Positions 18,486 to 26,807 of a stretch of 32,000 nt of DNA are shown here, one piece after another. Source of the stretch: Pyrodictium occultum (GTDB taxonomy: Archaea > Thermoproteota > Thermoprotei_A > Sulfolobales > Pyrodictiaceae); NCBI RefSeq assembly GCF_001462395.1, contig NZ_LNTB01000001.1:240001-272000 (forward strand), read 5' to 3'. Position 1 is the first letter of the stretch. The number at the start of each line of letters is the position of its first letter. Below the pieces are notes generated by a model. That model did not search any database, was not told the DNA's origin, and saw only the letters and a program-made list of their open reading frames with translations. The position numbers and the translations under genes are program-made.

Positions 18486-19400
18486 GTGATACTGTATTGT
18501 GAATCTGGTGGAGTTTACTTGGCCAGGCGGCTGCCAGCACTGCTCGCCGCCCTCGCAGCAGCCGCATTGGTGGCAACGCTCCACGTTTACGGCGGCTCTA
18601 GAGTCCTCAGTCCAGGCGGGAGGGGGGAGATCACCGTCTACCTCTGCGCGGCCGCCGAGAAGCCCTGGGAGGAGATAATAAAGGAGTTCGAACACGAGAC
18701 AGGGATAAAGGTGAACGCGATCTACGGGTCCTCGGGCAGGCTCTACGCCATGATAAGGATGTCGCGGCGGGGCGACGTCTACGCCTCGGCCTCGCCCCTC
18801 TACATGGCTATGGCTGTGCTCGATGGCCTCGTCCGCCCTGACAGCGTCAGACCCGTAGCCTACCTGGTCCCCGTAATACTGGTGCCTCAGGGCAACCCGG
18901 CCGGGGTCCGGGGGCTCGCGGACCTGCTGAAGCCCGGTATCCGCGTGGCTATAGGAGATCCCAGCCATGTTGTGGTGGGTCAGTATGCGGTGGAGGTGCT
19001 CAAGCATAACGGGCTCTGGCCTCAGGCTAGGAGAAATATAGTCGTCTACGCTGAGAACTTCGCGAAGCTAGTAGCCCTCGTGGCTACCGGGGCTGTAGAC
19101 GCGGCGATAGGCTGGCATGTTGCAGGCTACTGGTACCCTGGCAGGGTGGAGGTCGTGTGGCTGAAGCCTGGCCAGGTGCCGGAGGCCAGCTACATAGCGA
19201 TAGGAGTGCTGAAAACTAGCAGGAACCCTGAGGCGGCCAGGAGGTTCATAGAGTTCGTCACCGGGTCTGACTACGCTAGGAAGGTGTGGAGTAAATACCA
19301 CTACTTCACGAGCCCTCAGGAGGTTTGGAAGGTGGCGCCGGGCGCTAGTATACCGAGCATCGAGGAGGTTGAGGAGAGGCTGCAGCACTCGGGCGGCTAG
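18486..19400 (+). CDS. modA: Molybdate/tungstate ABC transporter substrate-binding protein (ModA/WtpA-like)
   Basis: ITVYLCAAAEKPWEEIIKEFE..GIKV.AIYGSSGRLYAMI ... GDVYASAS ... VAIGDPSHVVVGQYA matches the ModA pattern. The alternative start TTG 18519 gives M-ARRLPALLAALAAAALVA, a signal-peptide-like N-terminus. Confidence 0.8.
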   Translation: MILYCESGGVYLARRLPALLAALAAAALVATLHVYGGSRVLSPGGRGEITVYLCAAAEKPWEEIIKEFEHETGIKVNAIYGSSGRLYAMIRMSRRGDVYASASPLYMAMAVLDGLVRPDSVRPVAYLVPVILVPQGNPAGVRGLADLLKPGIRVAIGDPSHVVVGQYAVEVLKHNGLWPQARRNIVVYAENFAKLVALVATGAVDAAIGWHVAGYWYPGRVEVVWLKPGQVPEASYIAIGVLKTSRNPEAARRFIEFVTGSDYARKVWSKYHYFTSPQEVWKVAPGASIPSIEEVEERLQHSGG

Positions 19401-19864
19401 GGGCTGGAGCCGCCGGCATCTAGGGCTTTGAGCACGCGCCTAGCCTCCTCGAGGGGGTACGCCTCGATGCTTCCATCCTTCCCTGCTACGAGCGCCAGGG
19501 GCCTGGAGAGCCTTGAGCCCTCGAGGTAGTCGCGGAGAAGGCCGTGGAGGAGGATGCGTAGCTCCGCCCTGGCCCAGCGCAGCTTCACCCCCCGCGAGTC
19601 CGCCTCCCTCAGCAGCTTCTCCACGAGGCTGTCAAGGGGTATCCCCTTTACAGCCTCGACCACTATGCCGGTCGCTAGCCGGTAGACCCTCAGAGTCTCC
19701 CTGGCGGCCTCCACGTTCGCCAACGCTCTCCGGTAGGTGGCTGCAGCATCCTGCCTCGTCGTGCCTAGCAGCCTCGCTATCTCCGAGAAGCCAAGCCCCC
19801 TTCCCTCCCGTAGGGCCAGTACCCTGGCCTGCTTGTGGGTGAGGAGGCCAAACCGCCCGGCCAT
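19397..19864 (-). CDS. tfx: Tfx-family DNA-binding transcriptional regulator
   Basis: LLTHKQARVLALREGRGLGFSEIARLLGTTRQDAAATYRRALANVEAARETL matches the Tfx N-terminal HTH (LTxxQxxVLxLRxxGxSQxEIAxxLGTSRxNVSxxExRAxxNIxKAxxTL), followed by a Tfx-like C-terminal domain. The start is ATG 19864; TTG 19885 is also possible. Confidence 0.7.
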   Translation of the reverse strand: MAGRFGLLTHKQARVLALREGRGLGFSEIARLLGTTRQDAAATYRRALANVEAARETLRVYRLATGIVVEAVKGIPLDSLVEKLLREADSRGVKLRWARAELRILLHGLLRDYLEGSRLSRPLALVAGKDGSIEAYPLEEARRVLKALDAGGSSP

Positions 19865-19945
19865 GGAGGGCCCGGTTCCCTGCAAGGCCTCCTGGCGCCT
19901 TTAAGGTGCTTAGTCCGGCCCCGAGGCTCCAGCCGTGGCGGGGAG

Positions 19946-20725
19946 GTGGCCCGGAGGGTGAGGCTCGGCGGGCTAGTCCTCAGCGCCCCCGCGGTGCTGC
20001 TGGCGGCGGCCACCCTTGCCGTGCTAGTCTCCGTCTTCGCCTGGAGCAGCCCATCCGCTGTCGCAGCTGCCCTGGCGTCGAAGGAGGCCCTCTACGCTAT
20101 ATGGCTCAGTGTCTCCACCGCCCTCGCCGTGGCGATACTAGCCGTCCTGCTCGGCATACCGGTAGCCTACGCTATGGCGCGCGGCCTCCTGCCCGGGGGC
20201 AAGGCTCTAGAGACACTGCTCCTGATCCCCTTCGGCATGCCGCCGGTGGCCGTGGGCGCAGCACTCCTCATATTCTTCACCAACACGGGGCCGGGAAGCC
20301 TGCTAGACCGCCTCCTACGGGTGGTCTTCACCCCCAGAGGGCTCGTGGTAGCACAGTTCTTCGTGGTCTACCCCATAGCCCTGAGAGTCCTCAAGAGCAG
20401 TTTCGCCTCGGTGGACCCCAGGTACGAGGCGGTGGCACGGACACTGGGGTATACGAGGCTCCAGACGCTCATCCATGTATCCCTCCCCCTGGCGCGCCGC
20501 GGGGTGCTCTCAGCCCTCCTGCTCTCCTTCACCAGGGCCCTCGGCGAGTTCGGCGCCTCCGTCACGCTCGCGGGGGCCACGAGGCTCCGGACAGAGACCC
20601 TGCCGATAGCGATCTACCTCTCCATAAGCGGCGGGGAGCTGGACCTAGCGGTGGCTCTCATGGCGGTCTCGGTCCTCGTGGCAGGCGCATCGGTGGCAAC
20701 TATGCTAGTGCTCGAGGAGGTGTAG
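19946..20725 (+). CDS. modB: Molybdate ABC transporter permease
   Basis: Multi-TM protein with the EAA-like loop (YEAVARTLGYTRLQTLIHVSLPLARRG). GTG 19946 is preceded by the TATA-like CTTTAAGG at about 19899-19906. The ORF track N-terminal extension (from 19835) overlaps tfx. Confidence 0.8.
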   Translation: MARRVRLGGLVLSAPAVLLAAATLAVLVSVFAWSSPSAVAAALASKEALYAIWLSVSTALAVAILAVLLGIPVAYAMARGLLPGGKALETLLLIPFGMPPVAVGAALLIFFTNTGPGSLLDRLLRVVFTPRGLVVAQFFVVYPIALRVLKSSFASVDPRYEAVARTLGYTRLQTLIHVSLPLARRGVLSALLLSFTRALGEFGASVTLAGATRLRTETLPIAIYLSISGGELDLAVALMAVSVLVAGASVATMLVLEEV

Positions 20726-20733
20726 ACCTAGGG

Positions 20734-21840
20734 ATGGCGCCCGCCCCGGCCCTCCGGGTGGAGGATCTCTGGGTGAAGCGTAAGAGCCGCCTCGTGCTCC
20801 GGGGTGTGAGCCTGGAGCTGGAGGAGCCCTCAATACTCGTCGTGCTCGGGCCCAACGGGGCTGGGAAGACCACGCTGCTAGAGACCGTGGCGGGGCTTGT
20901 CAAGCCGAGCCGTGGGAGGATAGTGGTCTCCGGGGAGACCGTCTACTCCAGCGCTCCCCCGAGGGTGAATACGCCCCCAGAGAGGCGAGGCGTCGCCTAT
21001 GTTCCTCAGGATTATGGGCTTTTCCCCCACATGACTGTCTACGAGAACATTGCCTTCGGCCTCCGGGCCCGCCGCTGCCCCGGGGAGGATGTGGACAGGA
21101 GGGTGCGGGGGGTCGCCGGGGTCCTCGGGATAGAGCATCTCCTTGACCGCAGGCCCGCGGAGCTGAGCGGCGGCGAGAGGCAGCGCGTGGCGCTCGCCAG
21201 AGCCCTCGCAGTAGAGCCCAGGCTACTCCTCCTCGACGAGCCCTTCAGCGCTCTAGACGCGCCTAGCAGGGAGAGACTACGCTCCGAGCTGCGCAGCCTC
21301 CTCCGGAGGCTGAATGTTCCAGCAGTGATCGTGACCCACAGCTTCTCCGACGCCTGGGCCCTGGGGGATAGGATAGCTGTCCTCGACTCGGGCCGCGTGG
21401 TAGCCGAGGCTAGCCCCGGGGATCTGGCCTTGAGGCCGCTGAGGCACGGGGTGGCGGAGTTCCTAGGCTACATGGTGCTCGAGGCCCGGGTGCTCCGGGC
21501 GGAGGGGGGCCGGGCTTCCCTAGAGGCTCCCGGCCTCGGGCTGCTGGAGGCAGCCGTGGATGGGCTGGAGCCGGGCTCCAGGGTGCTGGTCGCCCTGAGG
21601 CCCGACGACCTGGTTGTCTCCGCCAGGCCCGTGGCTAGGACCAACACCTACCGGGCCCGGGTCGCCGAGGCCGTTGTGACCCGGCATGGTGTGCGCCTCC
21701 TACTAGAGGTCGGGGGCCTCGTGCTGAGGAGCGAGCAGGCCCGGGGGCCCCTCCTGGCCCTCCTCGGCCGCCTGCCGGGCCCCGGGGACCAGGTCTACGT
21801 CCACATACCCCCGGGGCTGGTAGACGTGAGGACCCTCTAG
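20734..21840 (+). CDS. modC: Molybdate ABC transporter ATP-binding protein with C-terminal TOBE/Mop-like domain
   Basis: Walker A GPNGAGKTT, Q-loop, signature LSGGERQRVALARAL, Walker B LLLDEP. The start is ATG 20734. The upstream 276 codons of ORF 19906..21840 are an alternate-frame artefact over modB. Confidence 0.85.
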   Translation: MAPAPALRVEDLWVKRKSRLVLRGVSLELEEPSILVVLGPNGAGKTTLLETVAGLVKPSRGRIVVSGETVYSSAPPRVNTPPERRGVAYVPQDYGLFPHMTVYENIAFGLRARRCPGEDVDRRVRGVAGVLGIEHLLDRRPAELSGGERQRVALARALAVEPRLLLLDEPFSALDAPSRERLRSELRSLLRRLNVPAVIVTHSFSDAWALGDRIAVLDSGRVVAEASPGDLALRPLRHGVAEFLGYMVLEARVLRAEGGRASLEAPGLGLLEAAVDGLEPGSRVLVALRPDDLVVSARPVARTNTYRARVAEAVVTRHGVRLLLEVGGLVLRSEQARGPLLALLGRLPGPGDQVYVHIPPGLVDVRTL

Positions 21841-22904
21841 CCGGGCTTCCGCGCCACCACTATGACCCGTGTGAGGCTGCCGTGGACCCTCATGTAGTGC
21901 CTCTCCACCAGCCTGAGCCCGCTGGCCTCGGTCGCCTCGACCGCCCTCTCCTCAGCCCAGTGGGGGGTGGCGTAGGCGAGGAAGCCCCCGGGCCGCAGCA
22001 CCCTGGAGGCCTCGGCCAGGAAGCCCTCAAGCAGCTCCCCGAGCGGCCTACCGTGGAGCGAGACGCTCCTGCCGTAAGGGGGGTCGGTGCCTATGCTCTG
22101 CACGCTCCCGCTCCTCAGGGGGAGCCTCGCCGCGTCCCACTGGGCCGGGGTTGAGAGCGCGTCCAGCGGGTAGGCGCGCAGGTTCACCCATGCCCCCTCC
22201 GCCAGCCTCCCGGAGAGCTCGCCGCAGAGCGTCTCTATCCCCATCTCCTGGGCCTCCAGGGCGAAGCCGCCCGTGCCGCAGAAGGGGTCGAGGTAGGGCC
22301 CGGGCGGCGCGGCGCGGGCGAGGTTGACGAAGAGCCTGGCCAGCCTGGGGTCGAGGCTGCCGGGGTGGAAGAAGGGCCTCCTCTGGGGCCGGTGGCCCTC
22401 CAGCATCCTCTTGGGCTGCTCGTCCTCCCTGAGCCCGAGCACGGCGACGCCCTCCGTGACCAGCAGCCTCACCGTCCTAGTGGGGCTCCTCGCCCCGGCC
22501 TCGGCGCCGCAGCGCCGGAGCAGGGGCGCGGCCTCGGCCGCGAGCCTCCTCGCCGCGTCGTCGGGGAGGCTGGCCCGGGCATAGCCCCGGACCCGGTGGA
22601 GCTCGAACCGCACCCGGTCCCCGGGGCCCGCGAGGCTGCACCAGTCTATGTAGGCCGCCGCGTCGAGCACGTCGCCCAGCCTGGCCTCAGAGACGGCCAG
22701 CACCCTGCCGGTCTCGTGCACCAGCCCGGCCCTCCACGCCACCCCCCGGCTGCTGCCGCAGCTGCACTCGAAAACCACCAGCTGGTCCAGCTCCTCCACA
22801 ACCCGGTACCGGTGGCCCAGCGCCTCCAGTATGCCCCTCAGCTCGGCCTGGGGGAGGCTGGCATGTAGCCCGCTGAGCAGCGCGTAGTAGAGGAGCCGCG
22901 GCAC
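21837..22904 (-). CDS. trm11: tRNA (guanine10-N2)-methyltransferase Trm11/TrmG10 (THUMP plus methyltransferase)
   Basis: LDPFCGTGGFALEA (motif I), GTDPPYG (motif IV) and an N-terminal THUMP-like region; 355 aa. Confidence 0.8.
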   Translation of the reverse strand: MPRLLYYALLSGLHASLPQAELRGILEALGHRYRVVEELDQLVVFECSCGSSRGVAWRAGLVHETGRVLAVSEARLGDVLDAAAYIDWCSLAGPGDRVRFELHRVRGYARASLPDDAARRLAAEAAPLLRRCGAEAGARSPTRTVRLLVTEGVAVLGLREDEQPKRMLEGHRPQRRPFFHPGSLDPRLARLFVNLARAAPPGPYLDPFCGTGGFALEAQEMGIETLCGELSGRLAEGAWVNLRAYPLDALSTPAQWDAARLPLRSGSVQSIGTDPPYGRSVSLHGRPLGELLEGFLAEASRVLRPGGFLAYATPHWAEERAVEATEASGLRLVERHYMRVHGSLTRVIVVARKPG

Positions 22905-22964
22905 AGCGGCCTCGTGACCCCCCGGGTCCCCGGGGCCCGGGGGCGCGGGGTAAAATTACGGGGG

Positions 22965-24344
22965 CTAGGGGGCGGGGAGCCTCTCCAGCGCCTCCATGGC
23001 CTCGCTGCCGCCGTCGTTGAAGCGGCGGAGGAGCTCCTCGGCGCTTGGCTCCCTCCTGCCCCGGGCGAACTTGCCCAGCACTAGGCAGGCGCAGTACTGG
23101 CCGCACATGTTGCAGGCCCTGGTGGCCGAGGGGAACTGGCTGTATATCTTCTTCGCGTGCTCCGGGTCCAGCGCGTAGCTCCACATCCTCTCCCAGTCGA
23201 GCCGGGCGCGGAGCAGGCTCAGCTCCGCGTCCCGCCTCGCAGCCCGGGCCCCGTACTTGGCCAGGTCCGCCGCGTGGGCGGCTATCTTGGCCGCTATGAG
23301 GCCCTCCTTCACCTGCTCGGGGTTGGGCAGGCTGAGGTGCTCGGCGGGCGTCACGTAGCATAGGTAGTCAGCGCCGCTGGCGGCGGCGACCGCACCGCCT
23401 ATAGCGAAGGCTATGTGGTCATAGCCCATAGCTATATCGGTGACCAGGGGGCCGAGCACGTAGTAGGGCGCGCCCCCGGTCAGCGCCTTCATCAGCCTCA
23501 CGTTGGCCGGTATCTGGTCGAGCGTCATGTGCCCCGGGCCCTCGACTATAGTCTGCACCCCCGCCTCCCTGGCGCTCCTCACCAGCCTGGCGGCCTCGAT
23601 CAGCTCCCCCACCTGGAACTCGTCGTGCTGGTCCGCCAGCGCGCCCGGCCTGAGGCTGTCACCGACACTTATCACCGCGTCGTACTCGGCGAAGAGCTCC
23701 AGGAGGTAGTCCCAGTGCTTCCTATAGGGGTTCTCCTCCCCGTTCTCCAGCATCCATGCAGCCAGCAGCGCCCCGCCCCTGCTCGTTATCGGTATGACCC
23801 TGCTGCTCCGGACAGCCTTCAGCGCCAGCTCCCTGGTCAGCGCAGCGTGTATGGTCATGTAGTCTACCCCGTCCCGCAGCTGCCTCTCCACTATCCCGAG
23901 GAACCAGTCGCTGGGCATGGTGAGGCCGCCGTACTTGCGGATGCCCTCGACCCACGCCTGGTAGGTCGGCACAGTGCCCAGGGGGAGGGGCTCGGCCTCC
24001 CTCATTATCTTCCTCCTTATCTCGTCCAGGGACCCGCCCATGCTCAGGTCCATCACGGTGTCGCTCCCGTAGCGCCGCGCTATCCTGGCCTTCTCCAGCT
24101 CCATATCCACGTCCACTACCGTGCCGCTAGTGCCCAGGTTGACGTTAACCTTGGTGAAGAGGCCCTCCCCCACGCCCACAATCTTCACCCGGTCCAGGCG
24201 CCTGACGTTCCGGAGTATCGCTATCCTACCCTCGGCGATCCTCGTCCTGAGCTTCTCCACCGGGAGGCCCTCGAGCTTGGCCAGCTTCTCGATCTCCTCG
24301 GGTGTGGAGCCGCTCCTCGCGGACATCATTATAGTCTTAGCCAT
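22965..24344 (-). CDS. thiC: Phosphomethylpyrimidine synthase ThiC
   Basis: VNVNLGTS, DTVMDLSMGG, VEGPGH and the C-terminal CNMCGQYCA Fe-S motif; 459 aa. Confidence 0.95.
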   Translation of the reverse strand: MAKTIMMSARSGSTPEEIEKLAKLEGLPVEKLRTRIAEGRIAILRNVRRLDRVKIVGVGEGLFTKVNVNLGTSGTVVDVDMELEKARIARRYGSDTVMDLSMGGSLDEIRRKIMREAEPLPLGTVPTYQAWVEGIRKYGGLTMPSDWFLGIVERQLRDGVDYMTIHAALTRELALKAVRSSRVIPITSRGGALLAAWMLENGEENPYRKHWDYLLELFAEYDAVISVGDSLRPGALADQHDEFQVGELIEAARLVRSAREAGVQTIVEGPGHMTLDQIPANVRLMKALTGGAPYYVLGPLVTDIAMGYDHIAFAIGGAVAAASGADYLCYVTPAEHLSLPNPEQVKEGLIAAKIAAHAADLAKYGARAARRDAELSLLRARLDWERMWSYALDPEHAKKIYSQFPSATRACNMCGQYCACLVLGKFARGRREPSAEELLRRFNDGGSEAMEALERLPAP

Positions 24345-25182
24345 GAGCCTTCACCTCGGGGAGGCCTATGCTCCTGCCCGTGAGCTTCTCGGAGAGAATC
24401 CGGGCCAGCTTGGCCGCGGAGGCTATCATGCCCCCGAAAACGGGGCCCATGCGCCTCGTGTTGTATATCTCGGCCACCGACATGCCGGCGGCGTAGAGGC
24501 CGGGGAACACCTCGCCCGTGCGCTCGACCACCTGGCGCTCACCAGTCCAGACGTCGAGGCTCGACATGCCGGGCACCCTGATGCTCCCGGGGAGCCTCCT
24601 CTCCAGCAGCCGGGCGAGGGCCGCGTCGTGGCCGGTGGCGTCCACTACGGCCCTAGCCTCTATGAAGAGGGGGTCTACGTGCCAGCCGGCCTCCGACACC
24701 GGGGCCCAGTTGACCACGAGCCCCGCTACCCGGGCCGAGCCACCGTCACCCTTCACTATGAGGTCCTCCACCTCCACGCCCGGGAGTATGACCGCACCGG
24801 CTTCCAGGGCGCGGACGGTGAGCCTGGCCGCCGCCTCCATAGGGTCGAACGTGTAGATGCCATCCGCGGCCAGGCTCAGCCTCACGCCGGCTTTCCGGAG
24901 CACCTCCGCCGCCAGCCCCTCCTCGACGAGGCCCACCGGGAGCAGCATTGAGCCGCCCCGCATGCCGCCGCCAGTGCCCAGCCTCCGCTCAACGAGGGTG
25001 ACGCGGAGCCCCTGCTCGGCCAGGAGCCAGGCGAGGGTGAGCCCCGCCGGCCCGCCGCCGGCTATCGCCACATCGGCCTCGACAGCCCTCGAGAGCTTCT
25101 CGAGGGCCGCCTGGAGCGCTAGGCGGGCGAGCGCCGCCTCGCTGTAGAGCTTCTCGATCTCCCGGGGGTAGAACTCCTCCAA
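24337..25182 (-). CDS. thi4: Thiazole synthase Thi4 (archaeal type)
   Basis: VAIAGGGPAGLT (FAD/NAD fold), VVNWAPV, VVDATGHDAA. The active-site position carries His (TGHD) rather than the suicide Cys of yeast Thi4. That is consistent with the catalytic sulfide-dependent class. TTG start. It overlaps the thiC start by 8 nt, indicating an operon. Confidence 0.85.
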   Translation of the reverse strand: MEEFYPREIEKLYSEAALARLALQAALEKLSRAVEADVAIAGGGPAGLTLAWLLAEQGLRVTLVERRLGTGGGMRGGSMLLPVGLVEEGLAAEVLRKAGVRLSLAADGIYTFDPMEAAARLTVRALEAGAVILPGVEVEDLIVKGDGGSARVAGLVVNWAPVSEAGWHVDPLFIEARAVVDATGHDAALARLLERRLPGSIRVPGMSSLDVWTGERQVVERTGEVFPGLYAAGMSVAEIYNTRRMGPVFGGMIASAAKLARILSEKLTGRSIGLPEVKAHG

Positions 25183-25192
25183 GGCCCGGTGG

Positions 25193-25221
25193 CACCGTTA
25201 GCCCAGCATCTAAAAACGGTG
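25193..25221. promoter_or_regulatory. Inverted repeat CACCGTT-N15-AACGGTG bracketing the thi4-thiC TATA-like box
   Basis: Perfect 7-bp arms read directly. The spacer contains TCTAAAAA (25209-25216; minus-strand TTTTTAGA) centred about 30 nt upstream of the thi4 TTG. Confidence 0.4.
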
Positions 25222-25273
25222 TTATTAAGCATTCCTATAACCGGGTTCTGAGCGGTCATGAGCGCCATGGGCC

Positions 25274-25852
25274 CTAGCCGCTGCGCCCAGCCGCCGCCCA
25301 GAACAGCTCCTCCGCCAGCGGCCCCACGCTGAGAGCCAGCGCCGCCTCCTCCAGCAGGACGCGGCTCGGCGAGAGCCCGTAGGCGAGCAGCAGGGCGGGC
25401 CCCGCAACGGCTGTGAAGACCCAGGCCCAGCGGGCTATGGATGCGAACACCCCCACAATCTCGCCCGAGGCCCCTGCCACCTTGGAGCGGAGCAGCCCGG
25501 CTGTAGCAGCCAAGGCCGCGGCCGCAGCTGCTGCCGCGGCGCCCTGGCCCCCGGCAGCCGCCCGGAGGAACCCCATAGCGGCCACCCACACGATGCCCGA
25601 GACCACTAGCAGGTGGAAGACCCGGCGCCTCCCCAGCCGGTGGGCCAGGGAGTCCCCGGCCAGGCTGGTGAAGAGCCAGCCAACCGTCGCCGCGCCCATC
25701 GCGGAGCCCGTCAGCGCGTTCCCCGCGGCACCCGCCACGAGGCCGGCGGCGCCGACAACGCCTATGAGCCCGGCGTCGCGGAGCCCAAAGGCGGGCCCTT
25801 GGCCGCGTCCCCTAGCCCCTCTCGACCCCTCAACGCCCTTCCCGACAGCCAT
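25274..25852 (-). CDS. Hydrophobic membrane protein with an MFS-like loop motif (half-size, 192 aa)
   Basis: About 5-6 predicted hydrophobic helices. GDSLAHRLGRRRV resembles MFS motif A (GxxxDRxGRR). ATG start downstream of an AT-rich promoter region. Ala/Gly-rich. It may be a gene remnant. Confidence 0.4.
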   Translation of the reverse strand: MAVGKGVEGSRGARGRGQGPAFGLRDAGLIGVVGAAGLVAGAAGNALTGSAMGAATVGWLFTSLAGDSLAHRLGRRRVFHLLVVSGIVWVAAMGFLRAAAGGQGAAAAAAAAALAATAGLLRSKVAGASGEIVGVFASIARWAWVFTAVAGPALLLAYGLSPSRVLLEEAALALSVGPLAEELFWAAAGRSG

Positions 25853-25969
25853 GGCTCTGCCCTGTCCAGCTGCAGTACGGGATCCGCCGAAAATATAGTA
25901 ATGTATTTAACTGCTCATAGCACTGGCTCGGCGTAGCCGAGGGCCGGAGAGCAGCTAGCTAGGAATGGG

Positions 25970-26728
25970 GTGAAGCCAGGGATAATGCTGTTCTCGGGCA
26001 TGTGGAGGATGTCGGGGACCGGCGGAGGCCATCATGAGGGAGGCCCTCCGCCCGCCGGCGGGGAGCAGCCCCGGCTGACACTGGAGCCCGGCGGGGAGCT
26101 GAGCCTCGGCAGGCTGGAGGCGAAGCTCGGCACGAACGGGCTCCTCGAAGCCTGCGACGGCTACAACTGCATAAGAGCCAGGCTGCCCCGTGGCGCGGCG
26201 GCCCGCCTGGAGCCCGTGCCTCCGGTCCACGTGCCCTCCCAGATGACTAACTGCCTCTACCTGGAGTTCGAGGAGCAGCTGGTAACCCCCGGCGAGCACG
26301 CCGTCTTCTGGGCCACAGTGCCCTATGAGCTAGCTATCTACGCTAACGGTGTCCTGCTCGGCTACCTCTCGCCCCTCCGCGTCAAGTACACGCTGGTAGG
26401 CGACGTCGTCGAGGGCACTGTGTGCCGCTACCACCGCTCCAGAGCCTCCACCGACCCCAGGGAGCTGCAGGCCGGCATGGAGGAGGCCCTCGCAGCCATA
26501 GAGTTCAGGGGGGCGCCCGGCAGGGTGCCCGGGGTGGGCTTCCACGTGGCGGACATACCCCTCTACGTGAAGGACGGCAGGGTCTACTACCCCCTGGTGA
26601 GGGCCGAGGTGGGCGCTTCAAGGGTATCCTCGAGGGTTGACCAGAGGCCCCCGGTGGAGGGGGCGCGGGGGGTCCAGCGCAGCCGCCAGAGGGGCATACT
26701 GCCACAGGTCTTCGTGGTGACCATCTGA
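25970..26728 (+). CDS. Conserved-looking hypothetical protein (possibly DUF432-like; unverified)
   Basis: 252-aa ORF with balanced composition in its central part (LYLEFEEQLVTPGEHAVFWATVPYELAIYANGVLLGYLSPLRVKYTLVGDVVEGTVCRYHRS). The N-terminus is uncertain: GTG 25970, or Met codons at 25985/26000. The family guess is from memory only. Confidence 0.45.
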   Translation: MKPGIMLFSGMWRMSGTGGGHHEGGPPPAGGEQPRLTLEPGGELSLGRLEAKLGTNGLLEACDGYNCIRARLPRGAAARLEPVPPVHVPSQMTNCLYLEFEEQLVTPGEHAVFWATVPYELAIYANGVLLGYLSPLRVKYTLVGDVVEGTVCRYHRSRASTDPRELQAGMEEALAAIEFRGAPGRVPGVGFHVADIPLYVKDGRVYYPLVRAEVGASRVSSRVDQRPPVEGARGVQRSRQRGILPQVFVVTI

Positions 26729-26807
26729 GGGGTATTGACTGCGGGTGGTCGCCGTGGCCTCGGGCTCCGCACCCTCCCTAAACCTATCAGGTGTAAGGCT
26801 TGGCGAC

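Noticed and set aside
19906-20733. The N-terminal 276 codons of the 644-aa ORF 19906..21840
   Set aside because: This segment is an alternate frame over modB and is Arg/Pro/Gly-rich. The ABC ATPase homology begins at ATG 20734 (MAPAPALRVEDLWV...), just after the modB stop.
25183-25273. A TPP riboswitch upstream of thi4-thiC
   Set aside because: The conserved CUGAGA ... ACCUGAUCUGGAUAAUGCCAGCG-type core is absent on the minus strand. The apparent leader is only a few nucleotides long. TPP riboswitches are not expected in this lineage.
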